Assembly (NCBI GenBank): GCA_029974275.1
Contig: JARKSN010000181.1
Location: forward strand, 1 to 26,349
DNA: 26,349 bases
From: Candidatus Hydrogenedentota bacterium
Lineage (GTDB): Bacteria; Hydrogenedentota; Hydrogenedentia; Hydrogenedentales; SLHB01
Direction: 5' to 3'
Below the pieces are notes generated by a model. It saw only the letters and a program-made list of their open reading frames with translations. It ran no database searches and had not been told where the DNA came from. Made by a program: the position numbers and the translations under genes. Shown in pieces: positions 9,157 to 17,483 of this stretch (its first letter is position 1; every line of letters starts with the position of its first letter).

Positions 9157-10026
9157 CTATACCGCCATGCGCTCGATGCAGGACGCCACAATCTCGGTGA
9201 GCTTCGGCTCCACGGCATTGGCCGTCTCAATGATTTTTTCGATGTTGACAGGCTTCAACGCATCGGGAAGGCACTCGTCGGTGATGGCGGAAAAACCCAA
9301 CACCTTGAGCCCCGCATGGACGGCCACGATGACCTCCGGCACGGTGCTCATGCCCACGGCGTCCGCGCCAATCTGACGCATGAACCGGTATTCGGCCCGA
9401 GTCTCCAACGAGGGTCCGGGACAACCCAGGTAGACGCCCCGCTGTAACTTGACGCCTTTCGCCAAAGCGACGGATTCCGCCAACGCGATCAGGTCGTTCG
9501 CATACGGCTCGCACATGTCAGGAAACCGCGGCCCAAGCGCATCCTCGTTCGGTCCAATGAGGGGGTTGTGCCCCATAAAATTGATATGGTCCGTGATCAC
9601 CATCAAATCCCCCGCCGCGAACTGGGGATTCAGTCCTCCCGCAGCGTTGGACACCACCAGCGCGTGGATGCCCAGCGCCTTGGCCACCCGAATCGGAAAC
9701 GTCACCTGACGCAGCGAATACCCCTCATAAAAGTGAAAACGGCCCGATAACGCCACGACGGGCCTGCCTCCCAAACGCCCGAGCAACAGTTCCCCAGCGT
9801 GCGTATGCGCGGTCGCTCGAGGAAAATGCGGAATGCGTTCGTAGCTGATGCGCGCCGCAACGTCAATCCGATCCGCAAGCGCGTTCAACCCCGTTCCCAA
9901 TACAATGCCTATCTCGGGCTCAAAAGAAGACTCGCCGCGAATCGCCGTCACCGCTTCCTGAACCTGCTGCGCCAATTCGACCACGCGCGTATCCTTTCTC
10001 GCGTTCTCGGCAGGCATGGGCGGCAT
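9157..10026 (-). CDS. punA: Purine-nucleoside phosphorylase (trimeric, PNP I type)
   Basis: IVLGTGL, GRFHFYEGY, SNAAGGLN, DHINF, GPRFPDM, GPSLETRAE, DAVGMSTVPE. Exact start uncertain. Confidence 0.92.
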   Translation of the reverse strand: MPPMPAENARKDTRVVELAQQVQEAVTAIRGESSFEPEIGIVLGTGLNALADRIDVAARISYERIPHFPRATAHTHAGELLLGRLGGRPVVALSGRFHFYEGYSLRQVTFPIRVAKALGIHALVVSNAAGGLNPQFAAGDLMVITDHINFMGHNPLIGPNEDALGPRFPDMCEPYANDLIALAESVALAKGVKLQRGVYLGCPGPSLETRAEYRFMRQIGADAVGMSTVPEVIVAVHAGLKVLGFSAITDECLPDALKPVNIEKIIETANAVEPKLTEIVASCIERMAV

Positions 10027-10044
10027 CGCCTCGAAAACCTGCCA

Positions 10045-10365
10045 TCACGACTCGCTCCGACGTCCCAAACGCGCGATCACATCGCCTGCGGCAGGGACAT
10101 TCACCTCAAGTGTCTTCTCGCGGGACTTCTCGCCCGCAACCAACGCGACGGCCGATCGCGGCATTCCCAGAAGCCGGGCGATGTAGACGATCAACGCCTT
10201 GTTGGCCTCCCCGTCGATCGGAGGCGCCGTCAACGCCACGCGGATGCGTCCGTCCGGCTCGAACACGACGGCATTGCGCGAAGCCTTGGGCCGCACCCGC
10301 ACCCGCACCCGCACCCGTCCGTTTCTTTCCTCGACCGCACGGACAGGAAGGTCTTGGTCGCCCAT
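10045..10365 (-). CDS. DUF167 / YggU family protein
   Basis: VRVRPKASRN, VALTAPPIDGEANKALI, GEKSREK. Start at 10365 or 10380. Confidence 0.85.
   Translation of the reverse strand: MGDQDLPVRAVEERNGRVRVRVRVRPKASRNAVVFEPDGRIRVALTAPPIDGEANKALIVYIARLLGMPRSAVALVAGEKSREKTLEVNVPAAGDVIARLGRRSES
10291..10314. repeat. Hexanucleotide tandem repeat (CCGCAC)x4 within the DUF167 gene
   Basis: Four perfect CCGCAC units followed by a degenerate CCGTCC. Encodes RVRVRVRVR on the minus strand. Confidence 0.85.
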
Positions 10366-10427
10366 ACGCCTCGCCGCCATCGTAGTTCCCTGACGCCACG
10401 ACGTTCGCCACGAAAAAACACAACGCC

Positions 10428-11384
10428 CTAAGCGTCCTCCCGCCAAATGCCCATCCGCCGAAACTTCGCCCGGCGCCGCTCCACGGTCCATCGGCCCGCG
10501 CCCGCATCGGCGAGAAACTTGTCGAGTTCTTCCGCCAGCTGCTGCGCCGCTCCCTCCGGATACCGGTGCGCGCCGCCCGGCTCCGGCAACACGGCGTCAA
10601 TCACGCCCAGTTCCAGCAAATCGCGGGCCGTCACCTTAAGGGCCGACGCCGCCAACTCCTTCTTGTCCGCATCGCGCCACAAAATCTCCGCGCAACGCTC
10701 CGGCGGACAAATCACGTAAATCGCATGCTCAAACATCGCGATCCAATCGCCCACCGCAATGCCCAACGCGCCGCCGCTTCCGCCCTCGCCCAGCACCACG
10801 GAAAAGATAGGGGCGTTTATCTTCATCATGGCCCACAAGTTTCGCGCGATCGCCGGCCCCTGGCCATGCTGCTCCGCCTCCACGCCCGGATGCGCCGCAG
10901 GCGTGTCGACGAAAGAAACCACCGGAAGACGAAACCGTTCCGCCATCTCGAATATCCGCAACGCTTTCCGATATCCGCCCGGGTGCGCCATTCCAAAATT
11001 TCGGGCCACCTTCTCGTCCGTGGTGACGCCCTTTTGTTGCCCCACTACGGCAACGGTCTTGCCCCGAAAACGACCTATCCCGCACACCATCGCTTGATCG
11101 TCGCCATTCAATCGGTCCCCATGCAGTTCTACGAAATCATCCAAAATGCGCGAGGTGTAATCCAGCATACGGGGACGCATCGGATGGCGCGCCAGCATGA
11201 CCCGCTGCCACGGCGTTAGATTCGCGAAAACCGCGTCGCGCTCTCGCTCGAGTTCCTCATGCAACGCAACCTTCTCGCGCTCGGACCGAGCCCGTTCGAT
11301 GAGCCCCTCCAACTCCACGATTCGGCGTTCAAACGGCAACGTCTGATCCACGGCCGGTCTGTGTCTCTCTTTCGATTCAACCAA
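10428..11384 (-). CDS. accA: Acetyl-CoA carboxylase carboxyltransferase subunit alpha
   Basis: LTPWQRVMLARHPMRP, FVELHGDR, RNFGMAHPGGYRKALR, GEGGSGGALG, PERCAEILW. TTG start with AGAGGGA RBS. Confidence 0.95.
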   Translation of the reverse strand: MVESKERHRPAVDQTLPFERRIVELEGLIERARSEREKVALHEELERERDAVFANLTPWQRVMLARHPMRPRMLDYTSRILDDFVELHGDRLNGDDQAMVCGIGRFRGKTVAVVGQQKGVTTDEKVARNFGMAHPGGYRKALRIFEMAERFRLPVVSFVDTPAAHPGVEAEQHGQGPAIARNLWAMMKINAPIFSVVLGEGGSGGALGIAVGDWIAMFEHAIYVICPPERCAEILWRDADKKELAASALKVTARDLLELGVIDAVLPEPGGAHRYPEGAAQQLAEELDKFLADAGAGRWTVERRRAKFRRMGIWREDA

Positions 11385-11464
11385 AGCCCGTGTTCCCTCT
11401 TCTTGCGGCTTTCAAACGCCCCCACACTACTCTGGGCCCTGAGCCTAGCCTGATTCGTCCCGCC

Positions 11465-11493
11465 ATTATACGGCAGCGAAGCCGAAGTATGAA
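11465..11493 (-). promoter_or_regulatory. Sigma70-type promoter for accA and the downstream minus-strand genes
   Basis: Minus strand TTCATA (11493-11488), 17-nt spacer, perfect TATAAT (11470-11465). Confidence 0.65.
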
Positions 11494-11770
11494 TACCACA
11501 AATGCCCTCGCAAATGCCACCCATAACAATCAAAACCAGTTCAATGGGTTTGTTACGCGCACACGACTCTTTTCCGCTGCCGGTTGTTTCGTAGTCCGCG
11601 TCGCGCCAGGGAAAGAATTATGCGACCATGCTCCTTACTCCCCACCCGTCTATCCGATCTTTCATCGTTTTTCCTCAATTGCTCAGTGGCGGCTCATATG
11701 GATGTTTCGCGGATGTCTTTTTACGCTAGATTGGGCTACAATGCCGGACGCGGAGGCGTTTGGCTTCAAA

Positions 11771-11792
11771 ACGGGGACAGTACGGGGACAGT
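11771..11792 (+). repeat. 11-bp tandem duplication ACGGGGACAGT x2 directly before the cyclase ATG
   Basis: 11771-11781 and 11782-11792 are identical, and the ATG follows at 11793. Confidence 0.85.
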
Positions 11793-12872
11793 ATGGAAAG
11801 GAAAGAAAAAGACGATGGGGAGCGTTGCTTCCCGAGCGAAGACGCTCTCCTGAAACACATCCTCGACGCATTGTTCGATGGCGTTTACGTTGTGGACCGC
11901 GATCGCAACATCATTTTCTGGAACAAAGGAGCCGAGAACATCACCGGTTACACGATGGACGACGTGCGCGGGCGGTGTTGCGCCAACGACATACTCAGTC
12001 ACATCGACGCAACGGGCGTCCAATTGTGTTTGAACGCCTGCCCGCTCGTTCGCTCCATGGAAACCGGCGAGAACGTGATAGCAAAGGTATATCCCCTGTG
12101 CAAAGGCGGAGGGCGCATCCCCGTGGAGACGCACATCTCGCCTATTCGCGACGATTCCGGCGCGATACTCGGAGCCGTAGAGATTTTTCGCGACATTTCT
12201 CATTTCGAACGGTTCCGCGTGTTGCAGGAGAAATTTAACGACCTGATCAAGAAATACGTCTCGAACGCCACGTACGAGGGTGTTATGCAGCAAGCCCAGG
12301 AAAAGTCCGGCAATGACCCGGTGCGGCGCGAACTCACGGTTCTCTTCGCGGACGTCGTCGAATTCACCCGTTTCAGCGAGACGGTTGACCCCGGCGAAGT
12401 GCTCGGCCTGCTCAACGACATGTTCACGGTGTGTCAACGCGTCACGCAGCGGCATTTTGGCGATATCGACAAATTCATGGGAGACGCCGCATTGGCGGTC
12501 TTCATTGACGCGAACGACGCTGTCGCGGCCGCCCAAGAGATACAAGCCGCCCTGTTGGAAACCAACCAAGCGCGCACCGCCACGGGGCGCTTCCCAATCC
12601 GCGTGCGCATCGGCGTCAACAGCGGCCCCGTCGTCCAGGGAGATGTCGGCGGGACCGAACGCAAGGACCTCACCGTCATTGGCGACGTCGTCAATACCGC
12701 CGCCCGCATTCAGAAAATTTGCGCGCCCGGCAGCATCTGCATCAGCGAAGCCACCTGGGCGCGACTTGTCGCTCCGGAGGCGTTTCAATTGATAGACCAC
12801 ATAGAAATCCGAGGCAAACGTGCGCCGCTCGCGGTGTTCGGACCATCCCTGCCGGTTACAGGAATGCAATAG
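11793..12872 (+). CDS. PAS domain-containing class III adenylate (nucleotide) cyclase
   Basis: PAS: ILDALFDGVYVVDRDRNIIFWNKGAENITGY..GAVEIFRDIS. Cyclase: TVLFADVVEFT, DKFMGDA, RIGVNSG, LTVIGDVVNTAARIQ. Metal-binding Asps, the substrate Lys and the N/R pair are all present. Confidence 0.9.
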   Translation: MERKEKDDGERCFPSEDALLKHILDALFDGVYVVDRDRNIIFWNKGAENITGYTMDDVRGRCCANDILSHIDATGVQLCLNACPLVRSMETGENVIAKVYPLCKGGGRIPVETHISPIRDDSGAILGAVEIFRDISHFERFRVLQEKFNDLIKKYVSNATYEGVMQQAQEKSGNDPVRRELTVLFADVVEFTRFSETVDPGEVLGLLNDMFTVCQRVTQRHFGDIDKFMGDAALAVFIDANDAVAAAQEIQAALLETNQARTATGRFPIRVRIGVNSGPVVQGDVGGTERKDLTVIGDVVNTAARIQKICAPGSICISEATWARLVAPEAFQLIDHIEIRGKRAPLAVFGPSLPVTGMQ

Positions 12873-12917
12873 GCGCCCATGTGATTTTCGAGAGTTCATC
12901 TGGACAAGGAAACACGT

Positions 12918-14678
12918 ATGCCCGTCCTGTTTTATCTCGCGATTGCGATCGCCGCATTTCTCGTGGCAGGCCGCTTCTATGGGGCCTACGTGGCCCGGCA
13001 ACTGGGCGAGACCCCAGACCGTCCCACGCCTGCGCAGACCTATAACGATGGGTGCGATTATGTGCCGACCAAGCGGTCGGTGCTGTTCGCGCATCACTTC
13101 TCGGCGATTGCCGGGGCCGGACCGATTATCGGGCCGACGGTCGCGATCCTCTACGGGTTTGTGCCGGCCTGGTTGTGGGTGGTGATCGGCGGCATTTTCG
13201 TCGGGGCCGTGCACGATTTCGCGGCGTTGTTTGTCAGCATGCGCGAAGGGGGCAAGTCGGTCGCGGTCATTTCGCGCAAGACGATGGGGAAGCCCGGCTT
13301 CATTCTGTTCATTCTGTTCACGATTGTGATGATTGTGCTTGTGACGTCCTCGTTTATGAGCGCGGTCTCCGTGTCGCTCACCTCGCTCTGGCCGCTCCAG
13401 AACCTCGAACTGGGCGAGGACCAGCGTTTGCTGACGACCACCGTAAAAGACGGCGTCGTGATGGGACGCATCGGCGGCATTGCCTCGACCTCCGTGCTCA
13501 TCATCACGCTGTTCTCGCCGATGCTCGGTTGGCTCATCTACAAACGGGGCATCCATACGCTGGCCGCCTACGCGTTGGCTTTCATCATTTGCTCGGGATC
13601 GATTGTCGCGGGAATTGCCTGGCCGATCGTGCTGCCCGCAAACGTTTGGATGGTCATTATCTCCGTCTACGTGCTGATCGCCGCGGGCATTCCGGTCTGG
13701 GCCGTTCTCCAACCGCGCGATTTCATCAACGTGCAGATTTTGTATGCGGGCATTGCGTTGATGTTCACGTCGCTCGTTGTGGCGGGCGGACACGGCGTTG
13801 CGTTCTCGATGCCGAACGTGAACCTCGACGAGGGCGTCAAAAACCTCGGGCTGATCTGGCCCATGATGTTCATCACGATCGCGTGCGGGGCCATTTCTGG
13901 ATTTCATTCGCTTGTTGCGGGCGGCACGACCGGGAAGCAACTTGCCTGCGAACGCGATGCGCGCCGGATCGGGTTTAACGCGATGCTGCTCGAATCGTTG
14001 CTGGCGGTTTGTGTGCTGCTGGCACTCGGCGTTGGGTTGACCTTCGCCGATTACAAAGAGATCGTGTGGCCTTCCGTGGCGGGCGTGAAGTCCAATCCCA
14101 TCCTGGCATTTGCCCTCGCAGGCGGACATCTCTTCAACAAGGCCCTCGGGATTCCCGTCGCGATCGGGTCGGTGTTCGGCATTTTACTCGTCGAGGGATT
14201 CGTCATCACGACGCTCGATGCCGCAGTGCGATTGAATCGATATCTGTTCGAGGAGCTGTGGGTCGTTCTCTTCAAAAATCCGCCCGCGTTCATGCGCAAC
14301 TTCTGGTTCAACTCGGGCCTGTCAGTCGTGTTGATGCTGACTCTCGGCGCGACCAACGCGTTCACTAAGTTGTGGCCCATCTTTGGTGCGGCCAACCAAC
14401 TCCTCGCCGCGCTCGCGCTGCTCACCATCACGGTATGGCTACTGGTCAAGGGAAGACGCTTCTGGTTCGCATTGATACCGGCGCTGTTCATGATCTGCAC
14501 GACGCTGGCCTCGCTCATCATTCTCTTCCAGAAATACCATCGCGAAGGCAACCAAGTGCTCGCCTTCACGGCAGTTCTGCTCTTCGCACTATCCGGCGGA
14601 GTAATCGCGCTGGCCATCAAGCGCGTCGTCATCCCCATGCTATCTGGGAAGAAGATCGAGGCGATGGAAGAAAGTTAA
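12918..14678 (+). CDS. cstA: Carbon starvation protein A (CstA family peptide/pyruvate transporter)
   Basis: DYVPT..VLFAHHFSAIAGAGPIIGP, GAVHDF, FITIACGAISGFHSL, TTLDAAVRL, LWPIFGAANQLLA. Many TM segments. Confidence 0.93.
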   Translation: MPVLFYLAIAIAAFLVAGRFYGAYVARQLGETPDRPTPAQTYNDGCDYVPTKRSVLFAHHFSAIAGAGPIIGPTVAILYGFVPAWLWVVIGGIFVGAVHDFAALFVSMREGGKSVAVISRKTMGKPGFILFILFTIVMIVLVTSSFMSAVSVSLTSLWPLQNLELGEDQRLLTTTVKDGVVMGRIGGIASTSVLIITLFSPMLGWLIYKRGIHTLAAYALAFIICSGSIVAGIAWPIVLPANVWMVIISVYVLIAAGIPVWAVLQPRDFINVQILYAGIALMFTSLVVAGGHGVAFSMPNVNLDEGVKNLGLIWPMMFITIACGAISGFHSLVAGGTTGKQLACERDARRIGFNAMLLESLLAVCVLLALGVGLTFADYKEIVWPSVAGVKSNPILAFALAGGHLFNKALGIPVAIGSVFGILLVEGFVITTLDAAVRLNRYLFEELWVVLFKNPPAFMRNFWFNSGLSVVLMLTLGATNAFTKLWPIFGAANQLLAALALLTITVWLLVKGRRFWFALIPALFMICTTLASLIILFQKYHREGNQVLAFTAVLLFALSGGVIALAIKRVVIPMLSGKKIEAMEES

Positions 14679-14684
14679 GAGAAA

Positions 14685-14825
14685 CCGGGGGAAACCTCTT
14701 CGGAAAAGAGGTTTCCCCCGGCCCCCCTTCCAGAAACTTTTGTGTACTACGTAGCGCGAAGCGCCAACAAAAGTTCTTGGGAAGGGGTCTGGGGAAACCC
14801 TTCTTTCCAAGAAGGGTTTCCCCAG
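14685..14825. repeat. REP/REPIN-like element: two related hairpin units in inverted orientation
   Basis: Hairpin A has a perfect 16-bp stem (14685-14700/14706-14721). Hairpin B has a perfect 17-bp stem (14789-14805/14809-14825). They are joined by imperfect inverted arms (14724-14742/14768-14787) around a GCGC-GAA-GCGC mini-hairpin (14754-14764). Confidence 0.85.
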
Positions 14826-14849
14826 CTTTCTTGCTTGTAGGAGATTCAC

Positions 14850-16184
14850 ATGGGCGAAGACATCTTCGAATATTCGGCGGCGGAACGCATGCGGCGCGAG
14901 GCTCCGTTGGCGCGGCGGGCTGCTCCGCGGACGATTGACGACTTGGTCGGGCAGGAGCACATTCTTGCGCCCGGCAAGATGCTGCGTCGCGCGATCGAGG
15001 CCGACCGCATCACGTCGCTCATCCTGTTCGGCCCGCCCGGCTGCGGTAAGACGGCCCTCGCGCGCCTCATCGCTATGCGCACGAAGTCGGCCTTCGAGAA
15101 CATCAACGCCGTCACGTCCGGCGTCAAGGACCTCCGCGCGATCATCGACGGGGCCAAACAACGCCGCGTCGCCGATGGTCGTCGTACCATCGTGTTTGTC
15201 GACGAGATTCACCGCTTCAACCGTGCGCAACAGGACGCGCTGTTGCCGGATGTCGAGAACGGCAACATCACGTTGATTGGCGCGACGACCGAGAACCCAT
15301 TCTTTTCCATCGTATCGCCGCTGCTATCGCGCTCGCAAGTATTCGAGCTCAAGAAACTCGATACCGAAGCGATTGTGCGGTTGCTGAAACGCGCGCTTAC
15401 GTTGCCGGAAGCCGGGTTCGACAACCTCGCCATCGTGGCCGACGACGAGGCGCTTGCGCATCTCGCGAACTCTGCGGACGGCGATGCCCGGCGCGCGTTG
15501 AATGCCCTTGAGATCGCGGTCCTGACCACCGCGCCGAATGAAGACGGCACAGTCCACATCACGCTAGTCGTCGCCGAGGAAAGCATCCAGCGCAAGCTTA
15601 TCCACTATGACGGCACGGGCGACGAGCACTACGACGTAGCCTCGGCGTTCATCAAGAGCATGCGCGGCGGCGACCCGGACTCGGCGCTCTATTGGATGGC
15701 GCTGATGCTCGAAGCAGGCGATGAACCGCGTTTTGTTGCGCGGCGGATTTGCATTTGCGCTGCGGAAGATGTGGGCAACGCCGATCCGCAGGCATTGACG
15801 GTAGCCGTTGCCGCGTGGCAAGCGTGTGAATTCATCGGCATGCCCGAGGCGCGCATTCTGCTCGCGCAAGCGGCCACCTACGTCGCCTGCGCACAGAAAA
15901 GCAACGCCGCCGTCGTGGGCATCGACAGCGCGACGAAGGACGTCCGCGAAGGGAAGACAGTCGCCGTTCCCACGCACCTGCGCGACAAAAGTTACTCCGG
16001 CGCACAACGTCTCGGGCGTGGCGAAGGCTATCAATACGCGCACGACTTCGAAGGCGGATACGTGACACAAGACTACGGCGTGCCGCGCTGGACCTACTAC
16101 CACCCCACCGACCGCGGCAAGGAAACAGAATTCAAAGCGCGACTTGAAGCAATGGATAAGAGGGACAAGGAAGAAGAAAAATGA
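14850..16184 (+). CDS. rarA: Replication-associated recombination protein A (RarA/MgsA AAA+ ATPase)
   Basis: APLA..PRTIDDLVGQEH, Walker A GPPGCGKT, Walker B VFVDEIHRFN, IGATTENP, HYDVASAFIKSMRG, EDVGNADP, VPTHLRD. AGGAG RBS. Confidence 0.95.
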   Translation: MGEDIFEYSAAERMRREAPLARRAAPRTIDDLVGQEHILAPGKMLRRAIEADRITSLILFGPPGCGKTALARLIAMRTKSAFENINAVTSGVKDLRAIIDGAKQRRVADGRRTIVFVDEIHRFNRAQQDALLPDVENGNITLIGATTENPFFSIVSPLLSRSQVFELKKLDTEAIVRLLKRALTLPEAGFDNLAIVADDEALAHLANSADGDARRALNALEIAVLTTAPNEDGTVHITLVVAEESIQRKLIHYDGTGDEHYDVASAFIKSMRGGDPDSALYWMALMLEAGDEPRFVARRICICAAEDVGNADPQALTVAVAAWQACEFIGMPEARILLAQAATYVACAQKSNAAVVGIDSATKDVREGKTVAVPTHLRDKSYSGAQRLGRGEGYQYAHDFEGGYVTQDYGVPRWTYYHPTDRGKETEFKARLEAMDKRDKEEEK

Positions 16185-16187
16185 GAA

Positions 16188-16261
16188 CCGGGGAAACCCT
16201 TCTTGGGAAAGAAGGGTTTCCCGGGACCCCCTCCCAAGAACGTTTGGGTGCGCTTCGCGCT
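16188..16261. repeat. Single unit of the same REP-like element, filling the rarA/dxr convergent gap (possible bidirectional terminator)
   Basis: 14-bp perfect stem 16191-16204/16209-16222, then a tail ending in GCGCTTCGCGC. By hand alignment about 65/74 identical to the reverse complement of 14753-14825. Confidence 0.85.
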
Positions 16262-16262
16262 G

Positions 16263-17474
16263 CTATGCCGTGTGGCCTATTCGTTTTTCTGCGGAGTCGC
16301 GCGCTAGGCGATCAGCGTCAAGAATGGCGTCGAGATTGGCTAGCGAAGTGGATGAACAGGTCTCCATCGTGGCGCGGACCACTTCGCTGATCTGGAGGAA
16401 TCCGATACGGCCTTTGCAGAAGGCGTCGACGGCGACTTCGTTGGCTGCGTTGAGGATGGCGGGGGCAGTGCCGCCGGTCCGTGCGGCGTCGAAGGCGTAT
16501 TGCAGGCAAGGGAACTCGGTGAAGTCGGGCGCGGCGAAGGTCAGGTCGTGCATGCGCGTGAGGTCGAGGCGGCCCATCGGGGTTTCGAGCCGTTCGGGCC
16601 ACGTGAGCGCGAACAGGATAGGGAATTTCATGTCGGTCAACCCGAGGTGTGCGAGGATGCTGCCGTCGGTGAATTCGACCAGGCTATGCACCACGCTCTG
16701 CGGATGAATCACGACGCGAATCTTCGACAACGGCATCTCGAACAGCCACATTGCTTCGATGACTTCCAGTCCTTTATTCATGAGGGTCGCGGAATCGACG
16801 CTGATCTTGACGCCCATGTCCCAACGCGGATGACGCGCGGCTTGTTCGGGCGTCACCTGCGCGAGGTCCGCGCGCGGACGTCCGTAAAATGGGCCTCCGG
16901 ACGCGGTCAGATGAATGCAGTGCACGTCATCGGGCCGATGTCCGTGCAGGCATTGGAAGATCGCGTTGTGTTCGCTATCGACGGGCGTCACGTGCACGTT
17001 GCGTTCGCGGGCCGCAGCCATGATGAGCGGGCCCGCCATGACCAGCGGCTCCTTGTTTGCGATCGCGACGCGATTGCCCGCCTCAATCGCCCGCAACACG
17101 GGCCGCAGTCCCGCCGCGCCGACCATTGCGCACATCGCCACGTCGGCAGGTTCCGCTGCGATGGCTTCGAGCCCCATATGCCCGCTCAACACATCTGTTC
17201 CGGCGCATCTTGCGGCCAGTTCGCGCGCGGCGTCCGGTTTCGCCACCGCCACGCGACGCGGATGAAACTCGGCGATCTGCGCTTCGAGCAAGGCGATATT
17301 CGAGTGCGCCCCTAGAGACACCACCTCGAAACGATCGCGATAATGGCGAATCACATCCAATGTGCTGCGGCCGATCGATCCCGTAGATCCTAGCAGCGAG
17401 ACGCGGATGGGGGGGGGGAGATCGGACCGCAATCCGGCGTCGGTTGCCTGCATGGGCGCGGGTGAAATGGGCAT
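16263..17474 (-). CDS. dxr: 1-deoxy-D-xylulose 5-phosphate reductoisomerase
   Basis: LLGSTGSIG, AIANKEPLV, PVDSEHNAIFQ, LTASGGPF, HPRWDMGVKISVDSATLMNKGLE, LNAANEVAV. Confidence 0.96.
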   Translation of the reverse strand: MPISPAPMQATDAGLRSDLPPPIRVSLLGSTGSIGRSTLDVIRHYRDRFEVVSLGAHSNIALLEAQIAEFHPRRVAVAKPDAARELAARCAGTDVLSGHMGLEAIAAEPADVAMCAMVGAAGLRPVLRAIEAGNRVAIANKEPLVMAGPLIMAAARERNVHVTPVDSEHNAIFQCLHGHRPDDVHCIHLTASGGPFYGRPRADLAQVTPEQAARHPRWDMGVKISVDSATLMNKGLEVIEAMWLFEMPLSKIRVVIHPQSVVHSLVEFTDGSILAHLGLTDMKFPILFALTWPERLETPMGRLDLTRMHDLTFAAPDFTEFPCLQYAFDAARTGGTAPAILNAANEVAVDAFCKGRIGFLQISEVVRATMETCSSTSLANLDAILDADRLARDSAEKRIGHTA

Positions 17475-17483
17475 GCCGCGCAG

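Noticed and set aside
11390..12238. 282-aa ORF crossing the accA/cyclase intergenic region
   Set aside because: Overlaps the cyclase out of frame and runs through promoter DNA. Arg-rich, non-protein-like composition.
12880..12895. CRP site upstream of cstA
   Set aside because: Only the TGTGA half-site is present; the second half reads AGAGT rather than TCACA.
11766..14129. 787-aa minus-strand ORF
   Set aside because: Antisense shadow of the cyclase and cstA. No recognisable motifs; typical of GC-rich codon bias.
14685..14825. CRISPR array or IS ends
   Set aside because: Units are inverted rather than direct repeats with unique spacers, and there are no cas or transposase genes or clear target-site duplications.
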